Assembly (NCBI GenBank): GCA_965200875.1
Contig: OZ241456.1
Span: 1,376,001-1,440,000 of the forward strand
DNA from: Bdellovibrionales bacterium
Lineage (GTDB): Bacteria; Bdellovibrionota; Bdellovibrionia; Bdellovibrionales; UBA1609
DNA: 64,000 nucleotides
Direction: 5' to 3'
A program made the translations under genes and the position numbers. Below, piece by piece: positions 9,644 through 20,801 of the stretch (within the stretch, counting starts at the first letter, position 1; every line of letters starts with the position of its first letter). The notes beneath the pieces are model-generated. The model ran no database searches. It saw only the letters and a program-made list of their open reading frames with translations, and was not told the DNA's origin.

Positions 9644-11365
9644 CTATGCGGTTTTTTTCTGTGCCATTTCCCTTGGGCAATAGTTAGGTTGAGTGGGAAA
9701 TCGCAGAACACAGATGGTGCCCTTATTGTCATGGCTTTTATACGATATATGCCCTTTATAAAAAAGAATCAGTTTACGCACTATAGATAAACCCAAACCA
9801 GTCCCTTTGTCTTTTTTAGAATAAAAAGGATCATAAATGTATGGTTTGTCTTTTTCACTGATTCCAATGCCTGTGTCTTTTACCCTGACAATCACCCATT
9901 CGTTATCATCAAAGCTTTCCACTTCCAAATGACCTTCAGATTGACCCTCCATTGCCTCACAAGCGTTTTTAATGATATTAAGAAATATCTGTTTGAATTT
10001 ATCTTTATTTCCTAAAGTCAAACCATGAGACTTTAAAGTAAAGTGATACTTTATATGCTCCCATTTTGGATTCACGAGAACCGTATCCAATAACTCCTCC
10101 AAGACAGAATTTACATTAAGAGATTCCATTTCCACTTTGGATATCCATTCGTCTTCATCTGTTCGTGTTTCCTCATTCGACGCATAATCCAAAAAATCCC
10201 CGATTATTCTATTTAAACGGCTGACTTCACTTAAAGCTATATTCATTAGCCTTTTATTCTCTTCAGAATTTTTATTATGCAGATCCAACAACTGAATACT
10301 TCCTCCAATACTGGATAAGGGATTTCTAAGCTCATGAGCAATTCCCATAGCCATTCTCCCTATGGAAGCGTGCCTCTCTTTTTCAATAGCGTTTTTTTCC
10401 AACTCACGCATTTCCGTGCAATCCTGAAATAAAACAAGATGCTTTTGTTTACTGCTCTGTGATGATGAGTCCTCTAAAGACGGTTCCTTAATTGGATAAA
10501 CAAATAGTTCTATTGATTTTACACAAGAACCATCTTTGTATTCCACATCCAAACGATTCACCATATTACTATTTCCCTTGCCAGATATAATATATTCTCT
10601 GAGTTCCGGGAAAATCTTCTGTATAGGTGACGCCGTAAAAGAAGCTAAATTCAAAATATTCAAGGCGGATTGATTGGAGTGAATAATAAAAGTGTCTTCA
10701 TCCAAAATAAAAAGCCCCATACTGATATTATCCACGATAAGCTTATTCAGGTTTTCCAACCGATGGGCTATTTTATCAGCAACATTCAATGACCATTGCA
10801 TTTTCCGAGCTTGATAGCCTATAAAACCACTCAGCCCGGCAACAGTCACAAAACCAAGGTTATTCAACATGAATGAAAATACCAATGAGGAATCAGATCC
10901 CATTGAATAAGGGTTTAAAATCAAAACCCACGAAAATAAAAACGCGGAAAGCAAGCTTTGAGTAAAAGACCATTTATACTGACCCAACAAACCTGCACTA
11001 AAAATCTGAAGTATATAAACAAATGCCAATACCGAATATAAAGCCGGCGTGGCAATGGCTAAACACATTGTCATTAACACAGCATCCAGAAATAAATACA
11101 ACAAATGAAAAGCTGGTTTAGACTTTATTTGTTCATGGAAATAAAAATATATGAAATCAACCGAAAAAGACAAAAACAAAACCATATAAATAAAAACATA
11201 TAAATCTGAATTTAAAAAAAGAGGCTGAATAAACTGATAGCCTATAAAACCAACCAATAACAGAGAACGAGCAGACACCATAAGACAATGAATTATAAAA
11301 AATTTATTGTCTGCAAAAGGCGTAGGGACAGAATAGCTCTTTAACAAATTCATGGTATTCATCAT
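9644..11365 (-). CDS. pilS: Sensor histidine kinase, PilS type
   Basis: Multiple TM helices, PAS-like region, AHELRNPL H-box, N/G boxes; position in pil cluster. Confidence 0.82.
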   Translation of the reverse strand: MMNTMNLLKSYSVPTPFADNKFFIIHCLMVSARSLLLVGFIGYQFIQPLFLNSDLYVFIYMVLFLSFSVDFIYFYFHEQIKSKPAFHLLYLFLDAVLMTMCLAIATPALYSVLAFVYILQIFSAGLLGQYKWSFTQSLLSAFLFSWVLILNPYSMGSDSSLVFSFMLNNLGFVTVAGLSGFIGYQARKMQWSLNVADKIAHRLENLNKLIVDNISMGLFILDEDTFIIHSNQSALNILNLASFTASPIQKIFPELREYIISGKGNSNMVNRLDVEYKDGSCVKSIELFVYPIKEPSLEDSSSQSSKQKHLVLFQDCTEMRELEKNAIEKERHASIGRMAMGIAHELRNPLSSIGGSIQLLDLHNKNSEENKRLMNIALSEVSRLNRIIGDFLDYASNEETRTDEDEWISKVEMESLNVNSVLEELLDTVLVNPKWEHIKYHFTLKSHGLTLGNKDKFKQIFLNIIKNACEAMEGQSEGHLEVESFDDNEWVIVRVKDTGIGISEKDKPYIYDPFYSKKDKGTGLGLSIVRKLILFYKGHISYKSHDNKGTICVLRFPTQPNYCPREMAQKKTA

Positions 11366-12573
11366 GCTCCTCCAATCACACCTGGCAGTTTAAAGATAGG
11401 TAGATACAAGGCTATAACGACAAAGCCAATAACCACTCCTAAACCAGCAATCAAAAAAGGTTGTATGAGTTCAGAAATAGCACCCGCTGTTACGCGAACC
11501 TGCTCTTCATAAAATTCAGACACTTTCTCCAAAGTAACATCCGTACTTCCTGTTTCCTCCCCAATAGCCACCATATTAGCAACAAGGGGTGGAATAACTT
11601 TTTCTTTCTTAAGAGACTCAGCAACAGATTTGCCTTTTATCACCTGATTTCTGACAGTCTGAATAGATTGCTCAATAAAAAAATTATTGGAAGTAAAAGC
11701 AGAAGTCTTTAAAGCATCTGCCATATTCACTCCTCCTGATAACAAACATGCTAAAGTCTTGCTAAATCTGGCCAAACTGCTTTTCACTGTCAAAGGCCCT
11801 ATAACAGGAAGTAGCATCAATAATTGATCTTTTAACTGACGACCTGCCGGTGATCTCAGATACATAATAAAACAAAAAGGAATAAAAAAACCGGCTATTA
11901 AAATAAATACTATATTATTTCTAAAAATATCACTCATGTTAATCAACATCTGGGTCATCATGGGTAACTCAGCAGACGATCCGGAAAACATGGTGGTAAA
12001 CTTTGGAACCACTTGCACCATAATAATTATAAAAATAATAACAGACACACTCAATACAAACCCTGGATACATCATGGCTTTTGTCACTCTGGATTTTAAT
12101 TTTTCACTTTCTTCTATATATTCTGCTAGACGATTTAACATAATGTCCAAATTTCCTCCCACCTCACCAGCTTCAATAATATTCACATACATATTGCTGA
12201 AAATAGCTGGATACCCAGACAAGGCCATAGCAAAGGTGTCGCCTTTTTCAATACTGACAATCAAATCAGAAATAACTGTTTTTAAAGCTATGTTAAGAGA
12301 TATTTCTTTTACTATCTGAAGAGCCTGTAAAATTGGCACACCGGCATTAATCAAAAAAGCAATCTGTCTAGTAAACTGCACAATATATTTTGTTCTGACC
12401 GTAGCTGAACCTCCACTTCCCAACAGGAAAATGGATTTTTGAAACTCAATATGGATAGGCTCTAATTTTTTTCCTGCCAACATATAAAGAACTTCATTTT
12501 TGTTCTTGGCCTTTACCTTTCCAGAAACAACCTGACCAGAAGGTTTTTTGGCTTTAAATATAAAAGTATTCAT
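11362..12573 (-). CDS. pilC: Type IV pilus platform protein PilC
   Basis: Two T2SSF-type domains (FTRQIAFLINAGVP, GEVGG, GEETG). Confidence 0.94.
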   Translation of the reverse strand: MNTFIFKAKKPSGQVVSGKVKAKNKNEVLYMLAGKKLEPIHIEFQKSIFLLGSGGSATVRTKYIVQFTRQIAFLINAGVPILQALQIVKEISLNIALKTVISDLIVSIEKGDTFAMALSGYPAIFSNMYVNIIEAGEVGGNLDIMLNRLAEYIEESEKLKSRVTKAMMYPGFVLSVSVIIFIIIMVQVVPKFTTMFSGSSAELPMMTQMLINMSDIFRNNIVFILIAGFFIPFCFIMYLRSPAGRQLKDQLLMLLPVIGPLTVKSSLARFSKTLACLLSGGVNMADALKTSAFTSNNFFIEQSIQTVRNQVIKGKSVAESLKKEKVIPPLVANMVAIGEETGSTDVTLEKVSEFYEEQVRVTAGAISELIQPFLIAGLGVVIGFVVIALYLPIFKLPGVIGGA

Positions 12574-12638
12574 TTTTTACCTTTAATAAAATTATTTCAA
12601 CACCGGCTATAGTCACACTTCCCGGTTCTTTACACAAA

Positions 12639-13730
12639 TTACATGGCTTTTTTCATACGGCCACTTTTCTTCAATCTGGCAAACATTTGATTCAATTCAT
12701 TGGGTTCATAAGAGCATGATAATGCTGTCTCTATTGAAATCAACCCTTTGCTGAAAAGATCCTCCAAAGATTGATTTAAGGTAATCATACCCAACGCTTT
12801 TTGTGTTTGCATAATACTGTAAATTTGATGCAATTTCCCTTCTTTAATAAGATTTCTAACAGCTGGATTAAAAAGTAATACTTCCACCGCAGGCACTCGC
12901 TTTTTTCGATCGATAGTCGGCAAAAGCCTTTGAGAGATAATACCCTGCAGTATTTGAGAGAGTTGAGACTGAACAGCTTGTTTTTCCTCTCCAGCAAACA
13001 CCCCTATCAAACGATCTATAGTTTGAAAAGTGTTGTTCGTATGAAGCGTTCCAAATGTAAGATGCCCTGTCTCAGCAATATGAAGGGCTGTTTCTATTGT
13101 TTCCTTATCCCTTAATTCCCCCAGTAAACAAACATCCGGATCTAATCGCAAAGCCGCCCTTAAAGAGTTATGAAAATCAGGAGCATCAAAACCAATTTCT
13201 CTTTGATTGACGATAGATTTTTGATGCTGGTAAATAAATTCTATAGGGTCTTCAATCGTCAAAATATGATATTTTTTATTTTTATTGATTTCATTAATCA
13301 TGGTCGCCAGAGTGGTTGTTTTTCCACTTCCTGTTGGACCAGTCACCAATACCAATCCATGAGGTTTCCTGCTGAGATCAGATATAATTGGAGGTAAACC
13401 TATAGCAGACAATTCAGGAATCACCATAGGGATCTGTCTGAAACACCCCGCCACTGTTTTTTTCTGATAATACAAGTGGCCACGAAATCTCGCAGAATCA
13501 TCAATGGAAAAACTAAAGTCTATATCTCGATCTGTTTCAAATTGACTTTTCTGTTCGTTTGTAATGATCGAGTAACAAAGCTCTTTGCTTTGTTGTTTTG
13601 TCAGAGGGTCCACATTCAAATGCACAATGTCCCCTTTCACTCTCAAAATAGGAGGCACTCCTGCAGTAATATGAATATCAGAAGCATTTTCACGAATAGC
13701 TGTTTTCAAAACCTGCACCATTGAAATCAT
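12639..13730 (-). CDS. pilT: Type IV pilus retraction ATPase PilT
   Basis: ASDIH, GPTGSGKTTT, TIEDPIE, AETGH, TLHT and AVRNLIKE motifs. Confidence 0.95.
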   Translation of the reverse strand: MISMVQVLKTAIRENASDIHITAGVPPILRVKGDIVHLNVDPLTKQQSKELCYSIITNEQKSQFETDRDIDFSFSIDDSARFRGHLYYQKKTVAGCFRQIPMVIPELSAIGLPPIISDLSRKPHGLVLVTGPTGSGKTTTLATMINEINKNKKYHILTIEDPIEFIYQHQKSIVNQREIGFDAPDFHNSLRAALRLDPDVCLLGELRDKETIETALHIAETGHLTFGTLHTNNTFQTIDRLIGVFAGEEKQAVQSQLSQILQGIISQRLLPTIDRKKRVPAVEVLLFNPAVRNLIKEGKLHQIYSIMQTQKALGMITLNQSLEDLFSKGLISIETALSCSYEPNELNQMFARLKKSGRMKKAM

Positions 13731-15491
13731 TTAATCATCCCCTACCGTTCCATACATTACTTCATCAATGGATGTGATTCCGTTCATCAGTTTTTCCAAG
13801 CCACTTTTCCTTAATGTTTGTAAGTTGTTTTTCTCAATAGCCAATAGTTTTAATTCTCTGGGGGACAATCCTTTAAAAACACCGGCTTTTAACTCATGGG
13901 ATATTTCCATAACCTCAAAAACAGCCACCCGACCTTTATAACCGGAATTATTACAATTTTGACAACCTTCCGGTTTCATTACTTTGGAACGCGCAGATTC
14001 TGCCTCTCTGTTCGAAAACCCCAAGTTCTTTAAAATATCTATGTTAACCGAATGAGGCACTTTACATTTTTCACATAAAACACGCAAAAGTCTCTGTGCT
14101 ATTACCACAGAAGTGTTCTCCGCCACACTATAAGCCGGCAAACCTATATCCAATAAACGGGTAACTGTGGAAGCGGAATCATTGGTATGCAAAGTACTTA
14201 AAACCAGATGTCCTGTAGCCGCTGCACGATAAGCAATATTGGCTGTTTCCAGATCTCTGATTTCACCCACTAAAATAACATCTGGATCTTGACGCAGAAA
14301 TGATCTTAAAACAGAAGAAAAAGTAAGTCCAATGTTCGCATTAACCTGCACTTGATTGATACCATGTAGTTTATACTCCACAGGATCTTCTGCTGTGGAA
14401 ATATTTCTGTTAGGAGTATTTAAGGTTTGCAAACCGGAATAAATAGTGGTTGTTTTTCCACTTCCTGTTGGACCGGTCATTAAAATAAGACCTTGACTGG
14501 CATCAAGATACTTCTTAAAAATCACCAGCTGGTTTTTATTCATCCCCAGATCAGCAAGCTCTGTTCCCAAAGCAGATGTATCCAATACTCTTAGAACAAT
14601 TTTCTCTCCGTTCACCACAGGCACTGTACTCACCCTGAAACTGACGGTTTTATTATTTACTTTTACTTTTAAACGTCCATCCTGAGGAAGACGCTTTTCA
14701 CTGATATCCAGCTGAGATAAAATTTTAATACGACTGGATATAGAGTCTTTCAGACTTAAAGGGGGATGAATATATTCCGACAAATGACCATCCACTCTAA
14801 AGCGAACACGACACTGGTTTTCATACACTTCAATATGAATATCTGAACAATTTAAACGAACACCCTCCTGAATAATATACTCCACACTTTGAACAGTGGG
14901 ATCATGCTTGATTTTCTGATTGCTCAGACTGTCATCTTCTTGCAAATTCTCCACTGTGGCAGATTCAACAATAGTAAAAATATTCTGTATACTTTTACTA
15001 TTTTCGCTCTTATAATACATATTAATAGTTTTTTGAATATCACTACGTGTTCCAACCATCATTTTAATCTTGGAATTGGTGATCAAAGATACATCATCTT
15101 TTGCCTGTATATCACCAGGATCAGAAAAAGCGACAACAATAGTGTCTTCCACTTCCATAATGGGAATTAATTGATATTTTTCACATATTCTTCTTGGAAC
15201 CTTGGATAATATTGTAGTATCAATTTCAAAGTTGGCAAAATTAATTTTTTGAAGCTGATATTCCTGAGCCATCAATGTCGCTATTTGCTCATCTGAATAT
15301 TGACTGGACTGAAATATAGACGATAAAACACTTCTTCTGGTATCCCCTTTCATAGAGATAATTTTTTTCCAGTCCGATTTCTGTAAAGAATATCTGCTAT
15401 GTTTAAGAGTGGACTTAGCCGTTTTTGCCACAGCTTGTTGTGATTTTAGCTGTATTTTTTTTTGTTGATTTTTGTTGTTCTGTTGTTGCAT
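13731..15491 (-). CDS. pilB: Type IV pilus assembly ATPase PilB
   Basis: SDIHIE, RLPQDGR, Walker A, LRQDPD and tetracysteine zinc motif. Confidence 0.94.
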   Translation of the reverse strand: MQQQNNKNQQKKIQLKSQQAVAKTAKSTLKHSRYSLQKSDWKKIISMKGDTRRSVLSSIFQSSQYSDEQIATLMAQEYQLQKINFANFEIDTTILSKVPRRICEKYQLIPIMEVEDTIVVAFSDPGDIQAKDDVSLITNSKIKMMVGTRSDIQKTINMYYKSENSKSIQNIFTIVESATVENLQEDDSLSNQKIKHDPTVQSVEYIIQEGVRLNCSDIHIEVYENQCRVRFRVDGHLSEYIHPPLSLKDSISSRIKILSQLDISEKRLPQDGRLKVKVNNKTVSFRVSTVPVVNGEKIVLRVLDTSALGTELADLGMNKNQLVIFKKYLDASQGLILMTGPTGSGKTTTIYSGLQTLNTPNRNISTAEDPVEYKLHGINQVQVNANIGLTFSSVLRSFLRQDPDVILVGEIRDLETANIAYRAAATGHLVLSTLHTNDSASTVTRLLDIGLPAYSVAENTSVVIAQRLLRVLCEKCKVPHSVNIDILKNLGFSNREAESARSKVMKPEGCQNCNNSGYKGRVAVFEVMEISHELKAGVFKGLSPRELKLLAIEKNNLQTLRKSGLEKLMNGITSIDEVMYGTVGDD

Positions 15492-15621
15492 AACAGCCCT
15501 TTATGAAAAACCGGCCAACTTGGAGGTTTTATAAACCCGATCCCCGTAAAAATGGAGATCACCAGTTCAAAACACTTATTTGTAGTAAATCGGCATTATA
15601 ATGAAAAAAATAAATATTTTT

Positions 15622-16611
15622 TTATTTCCTTTTTTTTATCTGCTGAAAATAAAAACGAGCATGGGCAACATCCTGCTTAATTTGCTGGACAAGTGCGCTT
15701 GCTGAAGAAAACTGTTTTTCAGGACGAATATATTGTAAAATTTCCACTTCAAAGACTTTTGTATCCCATCCTTTGTTTTTTCCAATAATATGAATCTCTA
15801 TTTTTTTTAAACAATCCTTTGAAAATGTTGGACTAGTGCCAATATTCATAACTCCGTAAAAATACTGATTTTTTTCCCTAATTCTTACTGTATAAACTCC
15901 ATTTACCGGCAGTAACACATTTTCATCCGGTTTTATGTTGATAGTCGGAAAACCCAGCTTTCCACCCCTGCCCTGTCCGCTCACAATTAACCCTGTGATA
16001 GAAAAATATCTCCCTAAAAGCGCAAATACCATATCCCAGGCACCGGATAAAACAGCTTTTTTTATATAAGAGCTGGATACAGTTACTCCTTTCTTTTTCA
16101 CGGAAGATACTGTTTTTAGACTAAAGTTGTGTTTTTTAGCCAATGTTTGCAGTAAAGAAACAGAACCAGCCCCTTTTATTCCAAATCGAAAATTATATCC
16201 CACAACAATTAATGAAGGCTGTATGGGTGCAATAATACATTTTTCCATAAATGCCTCAGGAGACAGGCGGGAAAAAGTTTTAGTAAAGGACTCCACTATT
16301 ATATAATCCAAACCTGTTGTTTGCAGAATTTCCCGGGTTTTTTCGGGAGCACATAAAAGCTTATGTTTTTTTTCAGGAAATAGGAATTGAACAGGATGAG
16401 GGGAAAAAGTATAAAGTGCGGATACTTTGTTATTTTTTCGGGCATATTGAGTAACAATTTCTATCAATCGTCTATGACCTGAATGCACTCCATCAAAATT
16501 ACCAATTGTTAACACAGCCCCTTTCAACAAATCTGCCTGAGAATGATAATCTGTTGTCTCTAACTTCTGAATATGTGGATATTTTTTTTGTATCCGAAAT
16601 ATTTTTTGCAT
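15622..16611 (-). CDS. ribF: Bifunctional riboflavin kinase / FAD synthetase
   Basis: IGNFDGVHSGH, GRGGKLGFPTIN and IRPEKQF motifs. Confidence 0.96.
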   Translation of the reverse strand: MQKIFRIQKKYPHIQKLETTDYHSQADLLKGAVLTIGNFDGVHSGHRRLIEIVTQYARKNNKVSALYTFSPHPVQFLFPEKKHKLLCAPEKTREILQTTGLDYIIVESFTKTFSRLSPEAFMEKCIIAPIQPSLIVVGYNFRFGIKGAGSVSLLQTLAKKHNFSLKTVSSVKKKGVTVSSSYIKKAVLSGAWDMVFALLGRYFSITGLIVSGQGRGGKLGFPTINIKPDENVLLPVNGVYTVRIREKNQYFYGVMNIGTSPTFSKDCLKKIEIHIIGKNKGWDTKVFEVEILQYIRPEKQFSSASALVQQIKQDVAHARFYFQQIKKRK

Positions 16612-16623
16612 AATTTGTTTTTT

Positions 16624-17118
16624 TCAAGGAGATGATTGGAAAAAAGTAATATGAGCCATAATGCCCGCTTTAACAGCTATCTCACCATCCACGAAAGCCA
16701 CACCCTTTCCCCAATAAAAAGAAGATTTTTTTTTTATCATCTCCACTTTCAAATCCAATATATCTCCAGGAAACACAGGTTTTTTAAAACGAACATCCTC
16801 CACACCTGTAAAAAACAGTTTTTCAATAGGAGAGTCTCCTTTTATAGCGCAACAGCAAAGTGCTCCTGCCTGCGCGATGGATTCCAAAATCAATACCCCC
16901 GGCATAACAGGATTGCCCGGAAAATGGCCTTCAAAAAATTGCTCATTTCCTGTAACATTTTTTCGCGCCTTACATACACGACCTACAATATCCCCCGGTT
17001 GTTTTTCCGTAACATTAATCACCTGATCTATCATTAAAAAAGGATACCGATGCGGAATCAATTTTTTTATTTCCTCAACTCGCAAAGGAAACCATGATTT
17101 ATTCAAAATACACCTCAT
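16624..17118 (-). CDS. fabZ: 3-hydroxyacyl-ACP dehydratase FabZ
   Basis: PHRYPFLMID and FFEGHFPGNPVMPGVLILE motifs. Confidence 0.97.
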   Translation of the reverse strand: MRCILNKSWFPLRVEEIKKLIPHRYPFLMIDQVINVTEKQPGDIVGRVCKARKNVTGNEQFFEGHFPGNPVMPGVLILESIAQAGALCCCAIKGDSPIEKLFFTGVEDVRFKKPVFPGDILDLKVEMIKKKSSFYWGKGVAFVDGEIAVKAGIMAHITFFQSSP

Positions 17119-17211
17119 AAAACTTTGAAATTATTTTCTAGGAAAATGATAAAAAATCAAGTGATAGCAATATGTTAAAAGCTTTTCGCTAGGGAACTGA
17201 GTGCTTTTTTA

Positions 17212-17733
17212 TTATTTGTATTTTTTTGTATACATACTTACCACTTTATTCGTGACATCCCATTTAGGACGCACCCAGAGCTCCACATCTTTATTACGGA
17301 TAATATCCACTTTCTCCTTCTTTGCCACTTTATCCACAACCACTTTGATTCTCTCCATAAAATTCCCTCTTAAATGAGCTTCTTTTTTTTGCAGTTCCAT
17401 TTCTTTACTTCTCACAAATTGCTCCATTTGTATCTGCATTTTCTGCATGGCCTCATACTTTTTCACTTTTTCATCCTGTGAAAGTAGCTCCATTGATTTT
17501 CTGATTTTCATGGCTTCCTTATGAAACTGCTCATTTTTTTTGATAATAACTCCCTGAATACGTTTTTTCTCTTTTTCCAAAGCTTTGCGGATTTTACTTT
17601 GTTCACCAGTCTTTTCCATAGCCTCGTTGATGCTGACATAAGCCACTTTAAGACGGCTCTCTTTTTCCGTCTCAGCATGTACCAACAATGGAATACAACA
17701 CAACCAAAACCCAATATAAATTATTTTTTTCAT
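17212..17733 (-). CDS. skp: OmpH/Skp periplasmic chaperone
   Basis: Signal peptide, KVAYV strand, long coiled coil, DVTxxV C-terminus; downstream of bamA. Confidence 0.88.
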   Translation of the reverse strand: MKKIIYIGFWLCCIPLLVHAETEKESRLKVAYVSINEAMEKTGEQSKIRKALEKEKKRIQGVIIKKNEQFHKEAMKIRKSMELLSQDEKVKKYEAMQKMQIQMEQFVRSKEMELQKKEAHLRGNFMERIKVVVDKVAKKEKVDIIRNKDVELWVRPKWDVTNKVVSMYTKKYK

Positions 17734-17854
17734 GCTTTCCTCCTTTTTGCACTATCTTTTACCCTTATACTGATTCAAAGGGAATTTCAACTTTTTTTAT
17801 ATTTCTTCTTTTCTCGCATTTTAAACAAGCTTTTCTTTTTCCACAACATATCGC

Positions 17855-20482
17855 TTAAAAAGGAAGCCCCATTGTAAATTGAAACTCAGATTGTTGCTCC
17901 CCATACTCCGGGCGTGGTTCAAAGGGAAAACCCATTTCCAGACGCATAGGCCCCATAGGGCTGAAAAGCCTTAAACCAAATCCCCAGTTTGCCCTCAAAT
18001 CCATGTCCTGAAATTTATCAAAAGCCGTGCCTATATCCATAAATAGCACTGCTGATAACTGAACGGAAGGAAAAGCCAGAAACTGTAATTCCCAGTTGGT
18101 ATAAAATTCCTTCATTCCTCCGAAAGCTCTTTCAGAAATAGTTTCCGCAGAGGACAACCCCCATTTTTTAGCTTTTTCATGGAGTATCTTTGATTTTTTC
18201 CGTGGTCCAATGGAAAAGTACTTAAACCCTCTTAAAGATTGGATTCCGCCCAAAAGAAATAGCTGATCAAATGGAACAGAGCTTTTTTCCCCATTCAAAG
18301 TAATATGCTGACTGTACTGAATGTTAAAACGAACAATAAAATTCCAAAACAGATTTTGATAAAACCGAAGGTTGGAAGATACTGTAAAATAATTAAATTT
18401 ACCGAATATTCCATTATACTCCAGCGAGCTTCGTGAATATACTCCTGATGTTGGTAAAATACGATCATTTCTTTTATCATACTCTATAATAGCTGACACG
18501 GGATTTCGCACTCCAGTGGCAAAATCAACAGGATAAAGATCTGGATCTATTGTATTCATCAGATCCACATACGACAAACGATAATAAAAAAGAAGTTTCC
18601 ATCTGTCCGACAGGGAACGGCCCAGAGTAACTCCTCCGCTTATTTTTTGCTCTGTAAATCCACGATAATTTGTGCTCGGAAAAGACCTAAAACACTCATC
18701 TTCCAAAGATTTTATTTCATTGTCCAATTTTGTAAGCTCTTGATCTGTAATCGCTCCGGCAGATTGTTTATTTTTTTTCTCCTCCTTTTTTTTACTCAAT
18801 TTATTGCAATCTGCAAAAATTTCTTCATCAGTGCTCCACTTATCTAGGTAAAAATCTCCGCCAAAATACCAATCAGAATCCAAAAAATAAGGATCCACAA
18901 AGTTCAAATTCACATATTGTCTTCTTAAGTTCAAATTCACATCCGAACCCACATTATAACCCATACCAAACAAATTAAACTTATGCAGTTTCCCACTCAC
19001 GGAAAAACCAAAAAAACCTTCATATCCAACCCCTAATTCAAATGTTCCTGTATTTTCCCGCTCTTTAATATTTATTTCCATATCCACTAAATCATCCCGA
19101 TTCTTAATAGTCTTGGGTATGATCTTCACATCATCAAAAAAACCCAATCTTTTTATATTCTCAACAGATCGATTTTTGTTTGTTTCATTATACAGTTCTC
19201 CTTCAAAAATTCTCACTTCCCGGCGGATAACTTTATCTCTTGTATAATCATTACCGGTAATATGAATCATTCCTATCTTCGCTTTTTTTCCTTTTTGTAT
19301 TTCAAAAAGCAGATGAATTGTTTTGTTATCATCTGTTGGCAAGTTAAAAAACTTGGGAATCACATTAACAAAGGCATATCCCTTATCACCATATTTTGTT
19401 TCAATTCTTTTGATATCTCTTTGCAGTTTTCCGTAAGAAAAAACCTCAGACTCCTCTGTTTCAAGGTCTTCTGTCAAGTATGCTTCATCAAAAATCAAAT
19501 CTCCGGTAAATTCAATAGTGCCTGCATTGTATTGAGCACCCTCTTGAATGGGAATACTCACAGTCACATCTGTTTTATCATGAGAAATAACCACTTCCGG
19601 TTCACCCACAAACACTTTCCAATACCCTCTATCCATGTAAATAAACCGAATGTTATTAAGATCTTTTTCCAAAATTTCTTTGCTGTAAGAACCTGCAGAA
19701 GAGATAAAACTCAGTAAATTGACTTCTCTTGTCCCCATGAAAGATTTAATTTCTTTTGAGGAAATGGCTTTGTTCCCGATAAACCGTACTTTTTTTACTT
19801 TTACTTTTTTATTTTCCTTGATACGAACCTTTAAGCGCACTTTCCCAGGATGAGAGGTTTTTTCGACAAAATAAGAAATCTCAGCCAGATAATACCCTTT
19901 TTTTTCATATTCATTTTTAATATTTACAATAGCCGTTCTCACCTTCTTATGATTCAAAAACTCATAAGAGGAAAAAAGAAATATCTCATCCAATTCTTTT
20001 TTACTTAAACTGCTGTTACCTTCGTATATTATTTTTTCAACAATAGGCTTTTCTTTCACTGTATAAACAAGAGAAATGGTTTTATCTGGCTGTCTTTTTT
20101 TTTGAACTTCTATATCATGGAACCAACCCGTATCAAAAATTTGCTGAACATCTCTTCTGATTTTTTTTGCATTGTATTTTTCTCCCTCTTGAGAGATAAT
20201 TTTTGCACGAATAGCTGAATCCTCCACAAGTTTGTTTCCTCTTATAATAATAGCCCCAATCCGACCAGCCCTCCGCCGGGAAGAACGACGAACAACGCGA
20301 GCTTTGCTCTTACGAGCACTTGAAGCTTTGCTTTTGCGGGAGCTTACAGCTTTGCTTTTACCCGTCTTATCTTCTACTACAAACACATTTCGTGCCGGTT
20401 GCTCTGCTAAAACCATAAAGGAAAACACAAAAAACCAAAGCCAAAAAACCATTTTTCCAGGATAGTGTTTTTTTTTAATCAT
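17855..20482 (-). CDS. bamA: Outer membrane protein assembly factor BamA
   Basis: POTRA repeats (GN..., TRDKVIRRE), LGGIQSLRGF loop-6 motif, SPMGPMRL, C-terminal F. Confidence 0.97.
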   Translation of the reverse strand: MIKKKHYPGKMVFWLWFFVFSFMVLAEQPARNVFVVEDKTGKSKAVSSRKSKASSARKSKARVVRRSSRRRAGRIGAIIIRGNKLVEDSAIRAKIISQEGEKYNAKKIRRDVQQIFDTGWFHDIEVQKKRQPDKTISLVYTVKEKPIVEKIIYEGNSSLSKKELDEIFLFSSYEFLNHKKVRTAIVNIKNEYEKKGYYLAEISYFVEKTSHPGKVRLKVRIKENKKVKVKKVRFIGNKAISSKEIKSFMGTREVNLLSFISSAGSYSKEILEKDLNNIRFIYMDRGYWKVFVGEPEVVISHDKTDVTVSIPIQEGAQYNAGTIEFTGDLIFDEAYLTEDLETEESEVFSYGKLQRDIKRIETKYGDKGYAFVNVIPKFFNLPTDDNKTIHLLFEIQKGKKAKIGMIHITGNDYTRDKVIRREVRIFEGELYNETNKNRSVENIKRLGFFDDVKIIPKTIKNRDDLVDMEINIKERENTGTFELGVGYEGFFGFSVSGKLHKFNLFGMGYNVGSDVNLNLRRQYVNLNFVDPYFLDSDWYFGGDFYLDKWSTDEEIFADCNKLSKKKEEKKNKQSAGAITDQELTKLDNEIKSLEDECFRSFPSTNYRGFTEQKISGGVTLGRSLSDRWKLLFYYRLSYVDLMNTIDPDLYPVDFATGVRNPVSAIIEYDKRNDRILPTSGVYSRSSLEYNGIFGKFNYFTVSSNLRFYQNLFWNFIVRFNIQYSQHITLNGEKSSVPFDQLFLLGGIQSLRGFKYFSIGPRKKSKILHEKAKKWGLSSAETISERAFGGMKEFYTNWELQFLAFPSVQLSAVLFMDIGTAFDKFQDMDLRANWGFGLRLFSPMGPMRLEMGFPFEPRPEYGEQQSEFQFTMGLPF

Positions 20483-20801
20483 TTCTGCACATATTTCCTT
20501 TTTGAGATAAAACCATTAGCTCGCTCTTCTATTATTTGATTTTTTTATAATTTTCCTAGAAAATAATTGCAAGGTTTTATAACGAAACCTTTTGTTTTCT
20601 TGCAAAGTGAAAGATGTAAAAAGCTCCCTTTGTTGAGTAAAAAATCGAAAATCAGTCCAAAAATCGTAAAAAGCTTATTTTTATCTAATTTAACCTTGTA
20701 TATTTTGAGACTATATACAAAAATGACATGATGATTAAAAGAGAGGCTTAATTGATAAAAATCGAAGAAAAGGCCAAAAAAAGACACAATTTCTGAAATA
20801 A

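Noticed and set aside
8159..16611. pilB-pilT-pilC-pilS-pilR next to ribF
   Set aside because: Known conserved arrangement; not novel.
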